Source: an uncultured Candidatus Saccharibacteria bacterium (GTDB taxonomy: Bacteria > Patescibacteriota > Minisyncoccia > Phycocordibacterales > CSBR16-119). From it: a DNA stretch of 64,000 nucleotides. The stretch covers positions 25,671-89,670 of the forward strand of contig CAZLAD010000003.1 of NCBI GenBank assembly GCA_964557535.1, written 5' to 3'. The notes beneath the pieces were generated by a model, which saw nothing but the letters and a program-made list of their open reading frames with translations, made no database searches and was not told the DNA's origin. The translations under genes were made by a program, and so were the position numbers. Position 1 is the first letter of the stretch; each line of letters opens with the position of its first letter. This document shows positions 54,098-62,967 of the stretch, one piece after another.

Positions 54098-54944
54098 CAA
54101 GACATTTTATTTTCTAGGAGGGCTATTCTTGATAAATGTTTTTATTTGGTCTTTTTGTCGGTCTGTCTCACCAAAAGATATTATGAAAGTTTATTTCTTG
54201 GATGTCGGACAAGGCGATGCAATTTTGGTCAAAGCTCCAAACGGTAGAAAAATTTTAATAGACGGCGGAGCAGATTCGGGAGTTTTGCGAGAGCTTGGTC
54301 GTGTGCTCGGATTTTTTAATCGTTCGATTGACATTGTTCTTGGAACTCATCCAGACCAAGACCATATCGGAGGATTACCGTTTGTCCTAGAACGTTACCG
54401 GGTCTCAAATTTTATCGATTCGCTTGCTGACTCTGATACAAATTCCTACAAAAAATTAAAATCTTTGGCAAAAGAGAAAAATATAAAAACCTATTTCGGT
54501 GAGCGGGGAATGATTGTCATTCTTGATCACAAAAATGGCGTTTATTTGCATGTGCTTTATCCAGAACCAGACGATTTTAAAATCGCTGATACAAATGACA
54601 TGTCTATTGTCACGAAGTTAGTCTATGGCGATACCTCGATAATTTTAACTGGCGATGCGCCGAAAATTGTCGAGTCCCAGCTTGTTTCAACCGATGGGAA
54701 TTACCTCAAAAGCTCAATTTTGAAGGCCGGTCACCACGGATCCAAAACCTCGACCAGTCGGGCGTTTGTCGACATGGTTGATCCGAGCTTCGCCATCATC
54801 TCGGCTGGGGCAGATAACCGTTACGGTCATCCAAACATTGAGACGATGAATATTTTGAATGATTTTCCTCTGGAAATTCTTGAGACCTCCAAAGAGGGAA
54901 CGATAGAATTTCATAGCAACGGAATTGATATTTGGCAAAAATAA
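54084..54944 (+). CDS. ComEC C-terminal metallo-beta-lactamase domain as a separate ORF (split ComEC)
   Basis: Start ATG at 54084 overlaps the upstream stop by 14 nt. 'FLDVGQGDAILV...HPDQDHIGG' is the MBL HxHxDH motif. Confidence 0.75.
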   Translation: MKADNKTFYFLGGLFLINVFIWSFCRSVSPKDIMKVYFLDVGQGDAILVKAPNGRKILIDGGADSGVLRELGRVLGFFNRSIDIVLGTHPDQDHIGGLPFVLERYRVSNFIDSLADSDTNSYKKLKSLAKEKNIKTYFGERGMIVILDHKNGVYLHVLYPEPDDFKIADTNDMSIVTKLVYGDTSIILTGDAPKIVESQLVSTDGNYLKSSILKAGHHGSKTSTSRAFVDMVDPSFAIISAGADNRYGHPNIETMNILNDFPLEILETSKEGTIEFHSNGIDIWQK

Positions 54945-54955
54945 AAGGATGCTAC

Positions 54956-55030
54956 GCAAAATAAAAGATTTCATTTCCTGCGGGATCGTGTCTTTGCGCT
55001 ATGTCCTCAGAAATGAAATCTTGTGTTTTG
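54956..55030. ncRNA. Copy 2 of the conserved 80-nt hairpin element; its loop reads GAGGACATAGCGCAAAGACACGATCCCG on the minus strand, sense to rpmB
   Basis: Stem CAAAATAAAAGATTTCATTTCCTG / CAGAAATGAAATCTTGTGTTTTG. Followed by a second hairpin TTGCTCCGCTT...AAGCGGAGCAA. Confidence 0.5.
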
Positions 55031-55190
55031 CTCCGCTTTAAGAATCATCTCCAAGCGGAGCAAATATATCTCTTTGAAAAGGCTCGCCGGAGGATTTTTG
55101 TTTACAAAAAAATCCGAGGCGGAAGAAAATCCGCCCTTTTGAAGGAGCGGATTATTCTGGTCTTTTTGAAGAGGTCTATTTGCGGAGCGT

Positions 55191-55433
55191 CTAGATTACG
55201 CCAGCTTTTTTGAGTGTCTTGTAGGCGCCACGTTTGTTGATAGTTTTGATACCTTTGGTTGAAAGGGATAGACGGATAGATTTGCCGATTTCGGCGACAT
55301 AAATCGTCTTTTTCTGCATATTTGGGCGTTGTTTGCGCTTGCCTGTCGGGTTGAACTGGGTAGCACGAACACGGTTGGAGTATCCGCCGGCCACATTTAC
55401 GCGTTTATTGGTAATTGGACATGTTTTTGACAT
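55191..55433 (-). CDS. rpmB: 50S ribosomal protein L28
   Basis: 80 aa from 'MSKTCPITNKRVNVAGGYSNRVRATQFNPTGKRKQRPNMQKKTIYV...'. The longer ORF-track N-terminus is rejected. Confidence 0.8.
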   Translation of the reverse strand: MSKTCPITNKRVNVAGGYSNRVRATQFNPTGKRKQRPNMQKKTIYVAEIGKSIRLSLSTKGIKTINKRGAYKTLKKAGVI

Positions 55434-55585
55434 ATGCGGTATGCTATCATGGTATTTATAAATATGCAATCCCGTTAGGGATTTGTTGTTAAGATTAGTC
55501 AAAAAGCATAAAAACACAATGGTCGTAAATTACTTACAAAATAATAAGCCGGATATGCAAACAAAAGTTTGTTATTTCTAATGAA

Positions 55586-56215
55586 ATGCCAGAAATAAGC
55601 CCAGTTTTTTATGTTTTAATCTTGATCATTTCGGTGATTATTCATGAGATAGCCCATGGCTATGCGGCGCTTCGCTTTGGCGACCACACGGCCGAATATC
55701 AAGGCAGACTTACGTTAAATCCGCTAAAACATCTAGATATTTACGGCTCGGTTTTGCTACCGCTTCTTTTGGTTGTAACTCAAGCCCCATTTCTTATTGG
55801 TTGGGCCAAGCCAGTTCCGTATAACCCAGAAAATTTCGAACCGGCGAAGAGGAAAATCGCTACTTTGTGGGTGGCTTCAGCTGGAATTCTGACCAATCTC
55901 GTCATCGCGGTTCTGTTTAGTGTAATTATTCGTTTTGCTTCATCGGGAATACTTTTCCCGGAAAGCTTCATTCCTTTTTGTGGAGTTATCGTGTTTTTGA
56001 ATATTGTTTTGGCGATTTTCAATCTCATGCCAATTCCGCCACTTGATGGATCAAAGATACTTTTTAGTCTCGGTGGTTATAGCATGTTAAAAATCGAGAG
56101 ATTTTTTGAGAAATACTCTCTAGTTTTACTGGTATTGTTTATTTTTTTCTTGTGGCAATTTGTCACGCCTGCAATCTTCTTTCTATTCAACATTTTCACC
56201 GGACTGCCTGTTTAG
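55586..56215 (+). CDS. Site-2 protease-family (M50) intramembrane zinc metalloprotease, small form
   Basis: 209 aa. 'HEIAHGYAA' is the HExxH in TM1; downstream there is an 'LNLMPIPPLDG' (LDG) motif. Confidence 0.8.
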   Translation: MPEISPVFYVLILIISVIIHEIAHGYAALRFGDHTAEYQGRLTLNPLKHLDIYGSVLLPLLLVVTQAPFLIGWAKPVPYNPENFEPAKRKIATLWVASAGILTNLVIAVLFSVIIRFASSGILFPESFIPFCGVIVFLNIVLAIFNLMPIPPLDGSKILFSLGGYSMLKIERFFEKYSLVLLVLFIFFLWQFVTPAIFFLFNIFTGLPV

Positions 56216-56228
56216 CTCATCCCCCAAG

Positions 56229-56310
56229 CAAAACAAAACACAAAATTTCATTTACGAGGACCTGGTGCGTAGACACGATTCGACAGGAAATGAAATTTGT
56301 GTTTTGTGGA
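56229..56310 (+). ncRNA. Copy 3 of the conserved 80-nt hairpin element, directly after the M50 gene
   Basis: Stem CAAAACACAAAATTTCATTT / AAATGAAATTTGTGTTTTG. Loop ACGAGGACCTGGTGCGTAGACACGATTCGACAGG. Confidence 0.5.
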
Positions 56311-56406
56311 GCGCCCCTTTATCCACAATAAATGTCTTTTTAAAACCTTTTTCTAGACCCGGGTGATATAATTGTGGCGTATTAACAATTCACTCATTTA
56401 AATATT

Positions 56407-56691
56407 ATGGAACCAAAATCTCATAAGAGCAGAAACATATTGATAATTATCTTAATTATCGTCGTTGTCATCTTTTTGATAGCAAAAAAGAAAGCCCCAT
56501 CAGACCAATTAACTGAGGAGCAAAAACAAGCCATCATCGAGGAATTGAACAGAAACTACGTTCCGTCAAACTTAACCGAAGAAGATAAAAACAACATCTT
56601 AATCGAGGTGAAATCCCAATCTTCTAGCACGAACAATATATCAGAAGAACAAAAAACCGGTATTTTAAATCAAGTAAAGAAAAACAATTAA
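56407..56691 (+). CDS. Small membrane-anchored low-complexity protein
   Basis: 94 aa, TM 'ILIIILIIVVVIFLIA'. Lies 4 nt upstream of the next gene. Confidence 0.35.
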   Translation: MEPKSHKSRNILIIILIIVVVIFLIAKKKAPSDQLTEEQKQAIIEELNRNYVPSNLTEEDKNNILIEVKSQSSSTNNISEEQKTGILNQVKKNN

Positions 56692-56694
56692 TCT

Positions 56695-58434
56695 ATGACG
56701 TCGGTCGCCAAAATAAAAACAACAAAAAAATTTTTCGCAGTCTTTTTCTTGGTTGTTGCGGGTATTTTGGTTGGTTTTAATTTAGCGTCATCCCAAGAAC
56801 CAAGCCCTTTTGAGCTGGGCGATGTTTACGGTAACGCTTGGATGGGAACTCATATTGAAAATATGGGCATGAGCGAAGGCGGGGGAGGCTGGCTTCGTTT
56901 TAATTGTTTGCCAGATAACTGCGACAGTACTATTGGTGAATGGGGTGTCAAAATTGACGCTGATCAAAACAGTCCAGGTTACGGTGAGTTTGCTGGCTAT
57001 GCATGGAGTTCAAACTATGGTTGGTTTAGCTTAAATCCTGGCGATGTCGCAACTTGTTGGATGCAAAATCCAGACGTTACTTCGACCAGCGTGGCCAAAG
57101 CCCTCCTTGGTCAAAGTAGCGACGTCGAGGTGCCGGTTGTCGGTTGGGGTAAATTTCTAGCTGGTGACGATGTCTATGATGATGGTTGGGACGGGTGTGT
57201 CGCCTTTGGTGGTTTCAATAATTCAGTTCGATTAAACAGAGAAGACGGCGCCCTAAAAGGTTGGGCGTGGGGAGGAGAAGTTGTCGGTTGGGTAAGTTTC
57301 CAAAATCCAGAATGTCCGTTTTGTGATACTACAGTTGTTCTAGACAGAATCGTCGGTTGTATGGATCCAAATGCAACCAATTATAATCCTTTGGCCACAG
57401 TCCCTGGCAGATGCAGTTATGGGCCACCAGTTGTGGGTTGTATGGATCCAAACGCCACAAACTATAACCCACTTGCCACCGTCCCGGGTAGATGTAGCTA
57501 TGGTCCTCCGGTTCGTGGTTGTACCGACTCAACAGCTACAAACTACAACCCATTGGCAACAATAGACGATGGAAGTTGTACATATGGTCCGGTAGATCCA
57601 GATGGTGATCCTCGCCCAACACTTAATCTTCAGGCTACTCCAAATACTCTATACGTTGGAAGCTTAAATTACACGACGGGGCTAACATGGACATCGGATC
57701 AGCCGTCAGAACTTTCTGGTTGTGTCGGAAGTTTGACCGGTACAAACGTTTTGGATCTAGGCAATCAGACTAACTGGGATGGTCCACGAAGTTCTCCAAA
57801 CATTACTACTCCATTTGACGTAAACCTCGCACCGTATGCATCGACGGCTGTCTCTGGAAATCAATATACCTTTAGATTAACGTGTAATTTGTCTGGCGGA
57901 GGAATAATATTCGACACTGCCGTGGTTAACATGATCGATCAAATAAATCCAACCGAACCACCTCTTATCTCACTTCAAATTATCTATCCGAACATCGATA
58001 GTAATTTGGCTACAGAAAATATTGCGCCTTGGAATCCAATAACGCTGTCCGGAGGTATGGATCCAGTAACACTTAGGTGGCAGGCCCTAAACGTTGTTGA
58101 TGGATCATGTGTTGGTACTTCCAAAGTATTTAATACGCCGACATCTACTGGCGATGGCCCGAACTTGGCTCCAAGTACATATCCAGGACAGGCGGCTTGG
58201 GATAGTTTGGCACTATTGCTTGACGGTGGAGGTTATGGACAACTTAACCTAAATGTCACAAATCCAAACTATATTAAAAACACTAAATTCCAGATTAGTT
58301 GCGAGCCGTTAAATAATCCAGGAACTACGATCAGGGCACAAGTTTGTCTGGGTGTCGAGGGTCAACAGTTCCCACAATCTCAGTGTCAAGCAGGAAATAG
58401 CATAAATCGTCCACCAGGTTACAAAGAAATTTAA
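56695..58434 (+). CDS. Secreted protein with three tandem copies of the 26-aa Cys-motif (GCMDPNATNYNPLATVPGRCSYGPPV x2, GCTDSTATNYNPLATIDDGSCTYGP)
   Basis: 579 aa with an N-terminal TM/signal. The tandem 78-nt DNA repeats at about 57355-57590 differ at many synonymous sites although the amino acids are identical. A palindromic terminator CATAGCGCGTAG-aaaatt-CTACGCGCTATG follows at 58458-58487. Confidence 0.6.
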   Translation: MTSVAKIKTTKKFFAVFFLVVAGILVGFNLASSQEPSPFELGDVYGNAWMGTHIENMGMSEGGGGWLRFNCLPDNCDSTIGEWGVKIDADQNSPGYGEFAGYAWSSNYGWFSLNPGDVATCWMQNPDVTSTSVAKALLGQSSDVEVPVVGWGKFLAGDDVYDDGWDGCVAFGGFNNSVRLNREDGALKGWAWGGEVVGWVSFQNPECPFCDTTVVLDRIVGCMDPNATNYNPLATVPGRCSYGPPVVGCMDPNATNYNPLATVPGRCSYGPPVRGCTDSTATNYNPLATIDDGSCTYGPVDPDGDPRPTLNLQATPNTLYVGSLNYTTGLTWTSDQPSELSGCVGSLTGTNVLDLGNQTNWDGPRSSPNITTPFDVNLAPYASTAVSGNQYTFRLTCNLSGGGIIFDTAVVNMIDQINPTEPPLISLQIIYPNIDSNLATENIAPWNPITLSGGMDPVTLRWQALNVVDGSCVGTSKVFNTPTSTGDGPNLAPSTYPGQAAWDSLALLLDGGGYGQLNLNVTNPNYIKNTKFQISCEPLNNPGTTIRAQVCLGVEGQQFPQSQCQAGNSINRPPGYKEI

Positions 58435-58604
58435 GTACGAGTACGTAGTACATAGCGCGTAGAAAATTCTACGCGCTATGTCATTTCTACGAACTACGCA
58501 TTACGCTCCAATCAAGGTTTTCCACATTACTGTTTCGCTTCGTCAAATTAAAACTTGCGAAGGTGATATTATATAAAGAGCTTTATAAATTTATTATCAA
58601 AACT

Positions 58605-61600
58605 ATGCGTAATTTATTATCAAAACTTTTTCTATCTTTTTTTATTCTTTTGTTTGCAACTCCGGCTCAACTTTTGGCCCAAGAGAATACATGGACTGCT
58701 CCAGCCGGCAACGCTCCTGGATTTAACGTCGCGGCGCCTGTAAACATCGGTCCTCTCACTCAAACCAAGAAAGGTCCACTTATAATCGAAAACCGATTTT
58801 TGGGTGGTGCGGTAACGAATCCGTCTAACAACCAAACGATTAGTGCACTCGAAACAATGGCTGGGTCAACAACGACTCGAGGAGCCACGATCTTTGATGC
58901 GTATCCGGCTGGATCGTCGATGGAATCTTCGCCAGCTTTTTTCTTGTCTTTTGTGAGGTCTATATTTGCCAATCACGTTCAGATTGGTGATCAGTCACCT
59001 AGTATGGGCGGTAGAAATTTGAAACTTTTTGGTAATTTCCAATACATCCCTACAAACGAAGAAGATGGTACTCCGGCAAACAATCAGCCAATGCCGGGCT
59101 ATGCTCTAACAGCGCTAGATACTCAGGGAAACACCGGCTGGCGACCAGCTCTTCCAAACGGTGGGAATGATGGCGATACCCTTATATGGGATGTAGATTG
59201 TCAGTGTTGGGTTGTTGGACCAGTAACAAACACAAACGGCGGTACTCTTCCATCAGGTGCACAGGGTCAGACTCTGTGGTACAGCGCGCCGAACGTTTTG
59301 CAAGCAACAAATCAGATAAGACATGGAATTGGCCCTGATGGCACCACCACAACGACTGTTTTAGAAAATGAAGACATAACCATAGGTGCAGCTGGAGGAG
59401 CTATGGGTGCTGGTATAACTAGAATTATGACTCCAAATACTGGTATCTTAGGTTACGGAACCATCGATATTGGTGTCAATACAGACGGGCAAACAAATAT
59501 CAATTCACAACAAGTAACATTTACTGAACCAGCGGGTAACAATTTCTTCCAGACAGTTGACGTTAAGTCTAAATATGTAAATTTTACAGCTCCACCATCG
59601 GGTGCGGATAGCCAGGTTGTTGATTTTGCTTCGAAGACGGTGAATTTTGACGACGGCGCTGGTCAGATAGCTGACTATCAAACAGTCAATGTAAAATCCG
59701 GCAACACAAATTTCGTTGGTCCTACTGTTAGTTTCCAGGACGCCAACGGTCAGCCTTCAGATTATCAAACCGTCAATGTAAAATCTGGCAATGTTAATTT
59801 TGCTGCACAAGATGATGGAGGAAATCAGACCGTTACTTTTGAGTCAGATACTGTTAAGTTTAGAAATATCGACATGAATCCTGGCCAGGGAAGAATCCCT
59901 TATGCCATGGATGATGAAGGACGTTTTGTGTGGAATAAAAACTTTGTTTATAACCAGCAAGACGTTCCAGGAGTCGGGCTTGTAAACGAACTTCGATTGA
60001 AAAACGATCAAGTCGGCCAAGGTCAAACAGCTACTCCAAGCGTTCTTACCAATGAAGGATTGACTCTACTTCAAGATGACGTGTTTGTGGATGGCGGAGA
60101 TTTGGCAGTGACAGATCAAGGAGATCTCTATCTCGAGGGCTTAGCACAAGCTTCAGTATTAGAGATTAGTCAAAATCAGGTAAGACAACTTTGTTACGTA
60201 GAGAATACCAAAAAAATAGTGAGTTGCAATACAGTTGTCCCGGGTAGCGGCACTAATCCATCCTTGGAACCAGTGTACGAGACAGATTACGAAGTTTTCA
60301 GAACAGCTGAGAATAACACAGGACCTCTCAGTAGTTATACATTCAACTCTAACCAAGCCGTAGATCTTAAATTCTGTGGTGGAGGCGGCGGTGGAGGCGG
60401 AGGCGGAGGTGGTATTCTTGGAAAAGGAGGCGGCGGTGGAGGCGGCGGTGGAGCCGGGCCTTGTCAGATTTTAGAGGGTTTTCCTGTTAGCGTTGGAGAT
60501 GTTTTGAGTTGGAATATTGGTGATGGTGGGGAGGGGGGTCTTGGAGCTAAAAAACAAGAGGGTCAACCAAATATTAATACATTAGCTTCTGATGGTTTAA
60601 ATGGCTTCCCCACAAGTGTGTTTATTGACTACGCAAACGATTCTTTGGGCCCTATTCAAATCGGTCAAACTCAACAGGGTGGTTTTGGTGGTAAAAAGGG
60701 TCAAGGATTTAATAACCCGAATAGTTGTGTTTATAATGCTGCTGTTACTGGATCGGCTGGTGGAAAAGGTGGTAATGATTCTTTAAGTGGGTATGAAGGT
60801 AATGAAGATTGTGCTGATTTGATACTGGTTATTCCAACATGGCACGACGGTCAAACAGGTTGTCTTGGAAATACTGGTGGCGGAATTCAAAATTGTTCTG
60901 TAAACAGTGACCTTGGTGGTTATGGTGGTGACGGAGAAAATCCAGTAGGATCAGTTTTGCCGCCCATATCTGGAACAGCAAATAGTGCCGGAGGTAATCC
61001 TGGTATAGATGATTATGCAGAAACGATGACGTCAGACCATTTAGCTAATAGAACTGGTGGTCCTGGTTATGCTGGTTCGCCTGGTAATGGAGGAGGAGGT
61101 GGAGGAGGAGGATTCGGTAGTGCAGAATACACCAACGTTGAAGCTGGTGTTATAACCGGCGTATCTCCGCTCGTGTCGTGGACAAAATGGCCTGGTGGTG
61201 GTAATGGTGGAAAGGGTGGAAGTGGATATGTTCAAGTTACCGGAATCTTAAATAATACATCTGGTACAAATGCCGTAGAATTTACAATACCTTCGACCAA
61301 CACTCCTTTTGCCGTGAACGCTATTCCTGTGGCAGTTAATACTGTAACTATCGAGGTGTGGGGCGCATCCGGAGGAGGAGGAGGAGTAAAAACTGGACTC
61401 TTTGCTGATAGAATTGCTGGTGGTGGAGGAGCGGGCGGTTATATAAAGGTTGAGGATGTTCTAAAAACTCAACTTGGAACAGGAAACATGTTGATAAAAG
61501 TTGGCAGTGCTGGTTCTGCCGGAAATTCGTCTGGTGATTCTAGCGAAGTTACAAATGGCGGTAATGGCTCTGATTCTTGGATTAAAAAATCAGATGGTAC

Positions 61601-61898
61601 CGTTATTGTGTCAGCTTCTGGTGGGTCGGGTGGACCAAAAGATATAACTAGTAGCACAGACTCAATTTATCCAAACGGTGGGCTTGGTGGAGGATTTTCA
61701 ACACCTTCAGTTGCTGGAACAGTAACATCTTCACAGGGTCTGAGTGGATTGGGCGGTAGCAATGGCGGCGGCGGAGGAACCAACTCTATTGGAGGAAATA
61801 TTAATAACGGAGGATCAGGAGCTTCAACAAATACTTGGGCTGGCTTGAGTAACCAGTCGACAGGAGGTCAAAACGGAAAAGTCAGAATCTCTTGGTAA
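58605..61898 (+). CDS. Large (about 1100 aa) secreted glycine-rich protein with poly-Gly tracts
   Basis: Signal peptide 'MRNLLSKLFLSFFILLFATPAQLLAQEN'. Runs 'GGGGGGGGGGGILGKGGGGGGGGGAGP', 'GNGGGGGGGGFGS', 'SGGGGGVK', 'GGGGAGGYIKV'. No catalytic motifs recognized. Confidence 0.6.
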   Translation: MRNLLSKLFLSFFILLFATPAQLLAQENTWTAPAGNAPGFNVAAPVNIGPLTQTKKGPLIIENRFLGGAVTNPSNNQTISALETMAGSTTTRGATIFDAYPAGSSMESSPAFFLSFVRSIFANHVQIGDQSPSMGGRNLKLFGNFQYIPTNEEDGTPANNQPMPGYALTALDTQGNTGWRPALPNGGNDGDTLIWDVDCQCWVVGPVTNTNGGTLPSGAQGQTLWYSAPNVLQATNQIRHGIGPDGTTTTTVLENEDITIGAAGGAMGAGITRIMTPNTGILGYGTIDIGVNTDGQTNINSQQVTFTEPAGNNFFQTVDVKSKYVNFTAPPSGADSQVVDFASKTVNFDDGAGQIADYQTVNVKSGNTNFVGPTVSFQDANGQPSDYQTVNVKSGNVNFAAQDDGGNQTVTFESDTVKFRNIDMNPGQGRIPYAMDDEGRFVWNKNFVYNQQDVPGVGLVNELRLKNDQVGQGQTATPSVLTNEGLTLLQDDVFVDGGDLAVTDQGDLYLEGLAQASVLEISQNQVRQLCYVENTKKIVSCNTVVPGSGTNPSLEPVYETDYEVFRTAENNTGPLSSYTFNSNQAVDLKFCGGGGGGGGGGGGILGKGGGGGGGGGAGPCQILEGFPVSVGDVLSWNIGDGGEGGLGAKKQEGQPNINTLASDGLNGFPTSVFIDYANDSLGPIQIGQTQQGGFGGKKGQGFNNPNSCVYNAAVTGSAGGKGGNDSLSGYEGNEDCADLILVIPTWHDGQTGCLGNTGGGIQNCSVNSDLGGYGGDGENPVGSVLPPISGTANSAGGNPGIDDYAETMTSDHLANRTGGPGYAGSPGNGGGGGGGGFGSAEYTNVEAGVITGVSPLVSWTKWPGGGNGGKGGSGYVQVTGILNNTSGTNAVEFTIPSTNTPFAVNAIPVAVNTVTIEVWGASGGGGGVKTGLFADRIAGGGGAGGYIKVEDVLKTQLGTGNMLIKVGSAGSAGNSSGDSSEVTNGGNGSDSWIKKSDGTVIVSASGGSGGPKDITSSTDSIYPNGGLGGGFSTPSVAGTVTSSQGLSGLGGSNGGGGGTNSIGGNINNGGSGASTNTWAGLSNQSTGGQNGKVRISW

Positions 61899-62000
61899 AT
61901 TAAAAAGAGAAAACAAAAACGCCGAAAGGCGTTTTTGTTTTTGGTGTATTTGTTCCGAATGGTATAATAAAAACAAGTTTTATTCGTTAATTTGTTTATT

Positions 62001-62903
62001 ATGAAATTAAGAAAACATCTAAATCTAAAAAGTGAAAAAGTTCTGCTTGTTTTGTTCGCGCTTTTGTTTGCCACGACATCTCTTCAGACTCTAGCTATTG
62101 TTAAAAGCTACAAAAACAACAATATAAATACCAATCAGTCCGCTCAGGTTATTGGCAAATATCCATCTACTTCAAGTACACTTCCTTACAATAATTGTGT
62201 TACGGTACTTGATCACAAATACAATCAGATATTTTCAAGCCCTCTTGAGCCAGTCAATCTAAATCCAAATGGTAATACAAATGACACCGATTATACCTAC
62301 GAAGTTTACTTCAATGTTAAAAACAACTGTGACAGGCCGATTAGCATCATAGATCCTTCGAGTATGTCTTCGCCATACAAAGGAAATCCCGGATTTTATA
62401 CTATCAATTCCTTCGCGCTCGAATTAAATAGCCTACCTTCTCCAACGGACATCTCTCTTGCTCCGCCAGCTTCTAGTTTTGTCGATGCGGCGCGCGAGGA
62501 GGGAGATTGTGTAAATTGTGCTCCGACAGATTTGGCTTTCAGGGTGTCGCCGGCTGGTACACTCAATTATCAGGGCAATGATACCAATTTGCGAATGTAC
62601 AACATCCCAGCTGGTCAGACCAGAATTGTGAGTTTCGTTTTGCAAATAGGGCGACCTTATCCTACTTTCGGCATTAGTCATTTCCTTAGAGCAAAATTAA
62701 AATCATTCAAATGGACTTATACGAATTCTTACATCAGTGGTGGAATTGTCTCCGCGGACGAGATATTTACAACAACTCTATCGGCTAGCCAGCAACAATC
62801 TTTTGCGACAGATTTCGCAAATATCTATCAAGATGGTAATCCAAATTGCTCGAGTGGCGGAACTTTAGGTATCAATAGTGACGGTGTCCCAGTTTGTCAG
62901 TAA
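62001..62903 (+). CDS. Secreted hypothetical protein
   Basis: About 300 aa. Signal 'MKLRKHLNLKSEKVLLVLFALLFATTSLQTLA'. A bidirectional terminator GAGAAAGCGCGGCCggatGGCCGCGCTTTCTC follows. Confidence 0.5.
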   Translation: MKLRKHLNLKSEKVLLVLFALLFATTSLQTLAIVKSYKNNNINTNQSAQVIGKYPSTSSTLPYNNCVTVLDHKYNQIFSSPLEPVNLNPNGNTNDTDYTYEVYFNVKNNCDRPISIIDPSSMSSPYKGNPGFYTINSFALELNSLPSPTDISLAPPASSFVDAAREEGDCVNCAPTDLAFRVSPAGTLNYQGNDTNLRMYNIPAGQTRIVSFVLQIGRPYPTFGISHFLRAKLKSFKWTYTNSYISGGIVSADEIFTTTLSASQQQSFATDFANIYQDGNPNCSSGGTLGINSDGVPVCQ

Positions 62904-62967
62904 GACTAAAAATAGAAAACGAGAAAGCGCGGCCGGATGGCCGCGCTTTCTCATTCAGCGAATATGA

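Noticed and set aside
60360-60470. GGN-rich simple-sequence DNA, as a possible non-coding tandem repeat
   Set aside because: It lies in frame within the 58605-61898 ORF and encodes the poly-Gly tracts. It is treated as part of that CDS and not as a separate repeat feature.
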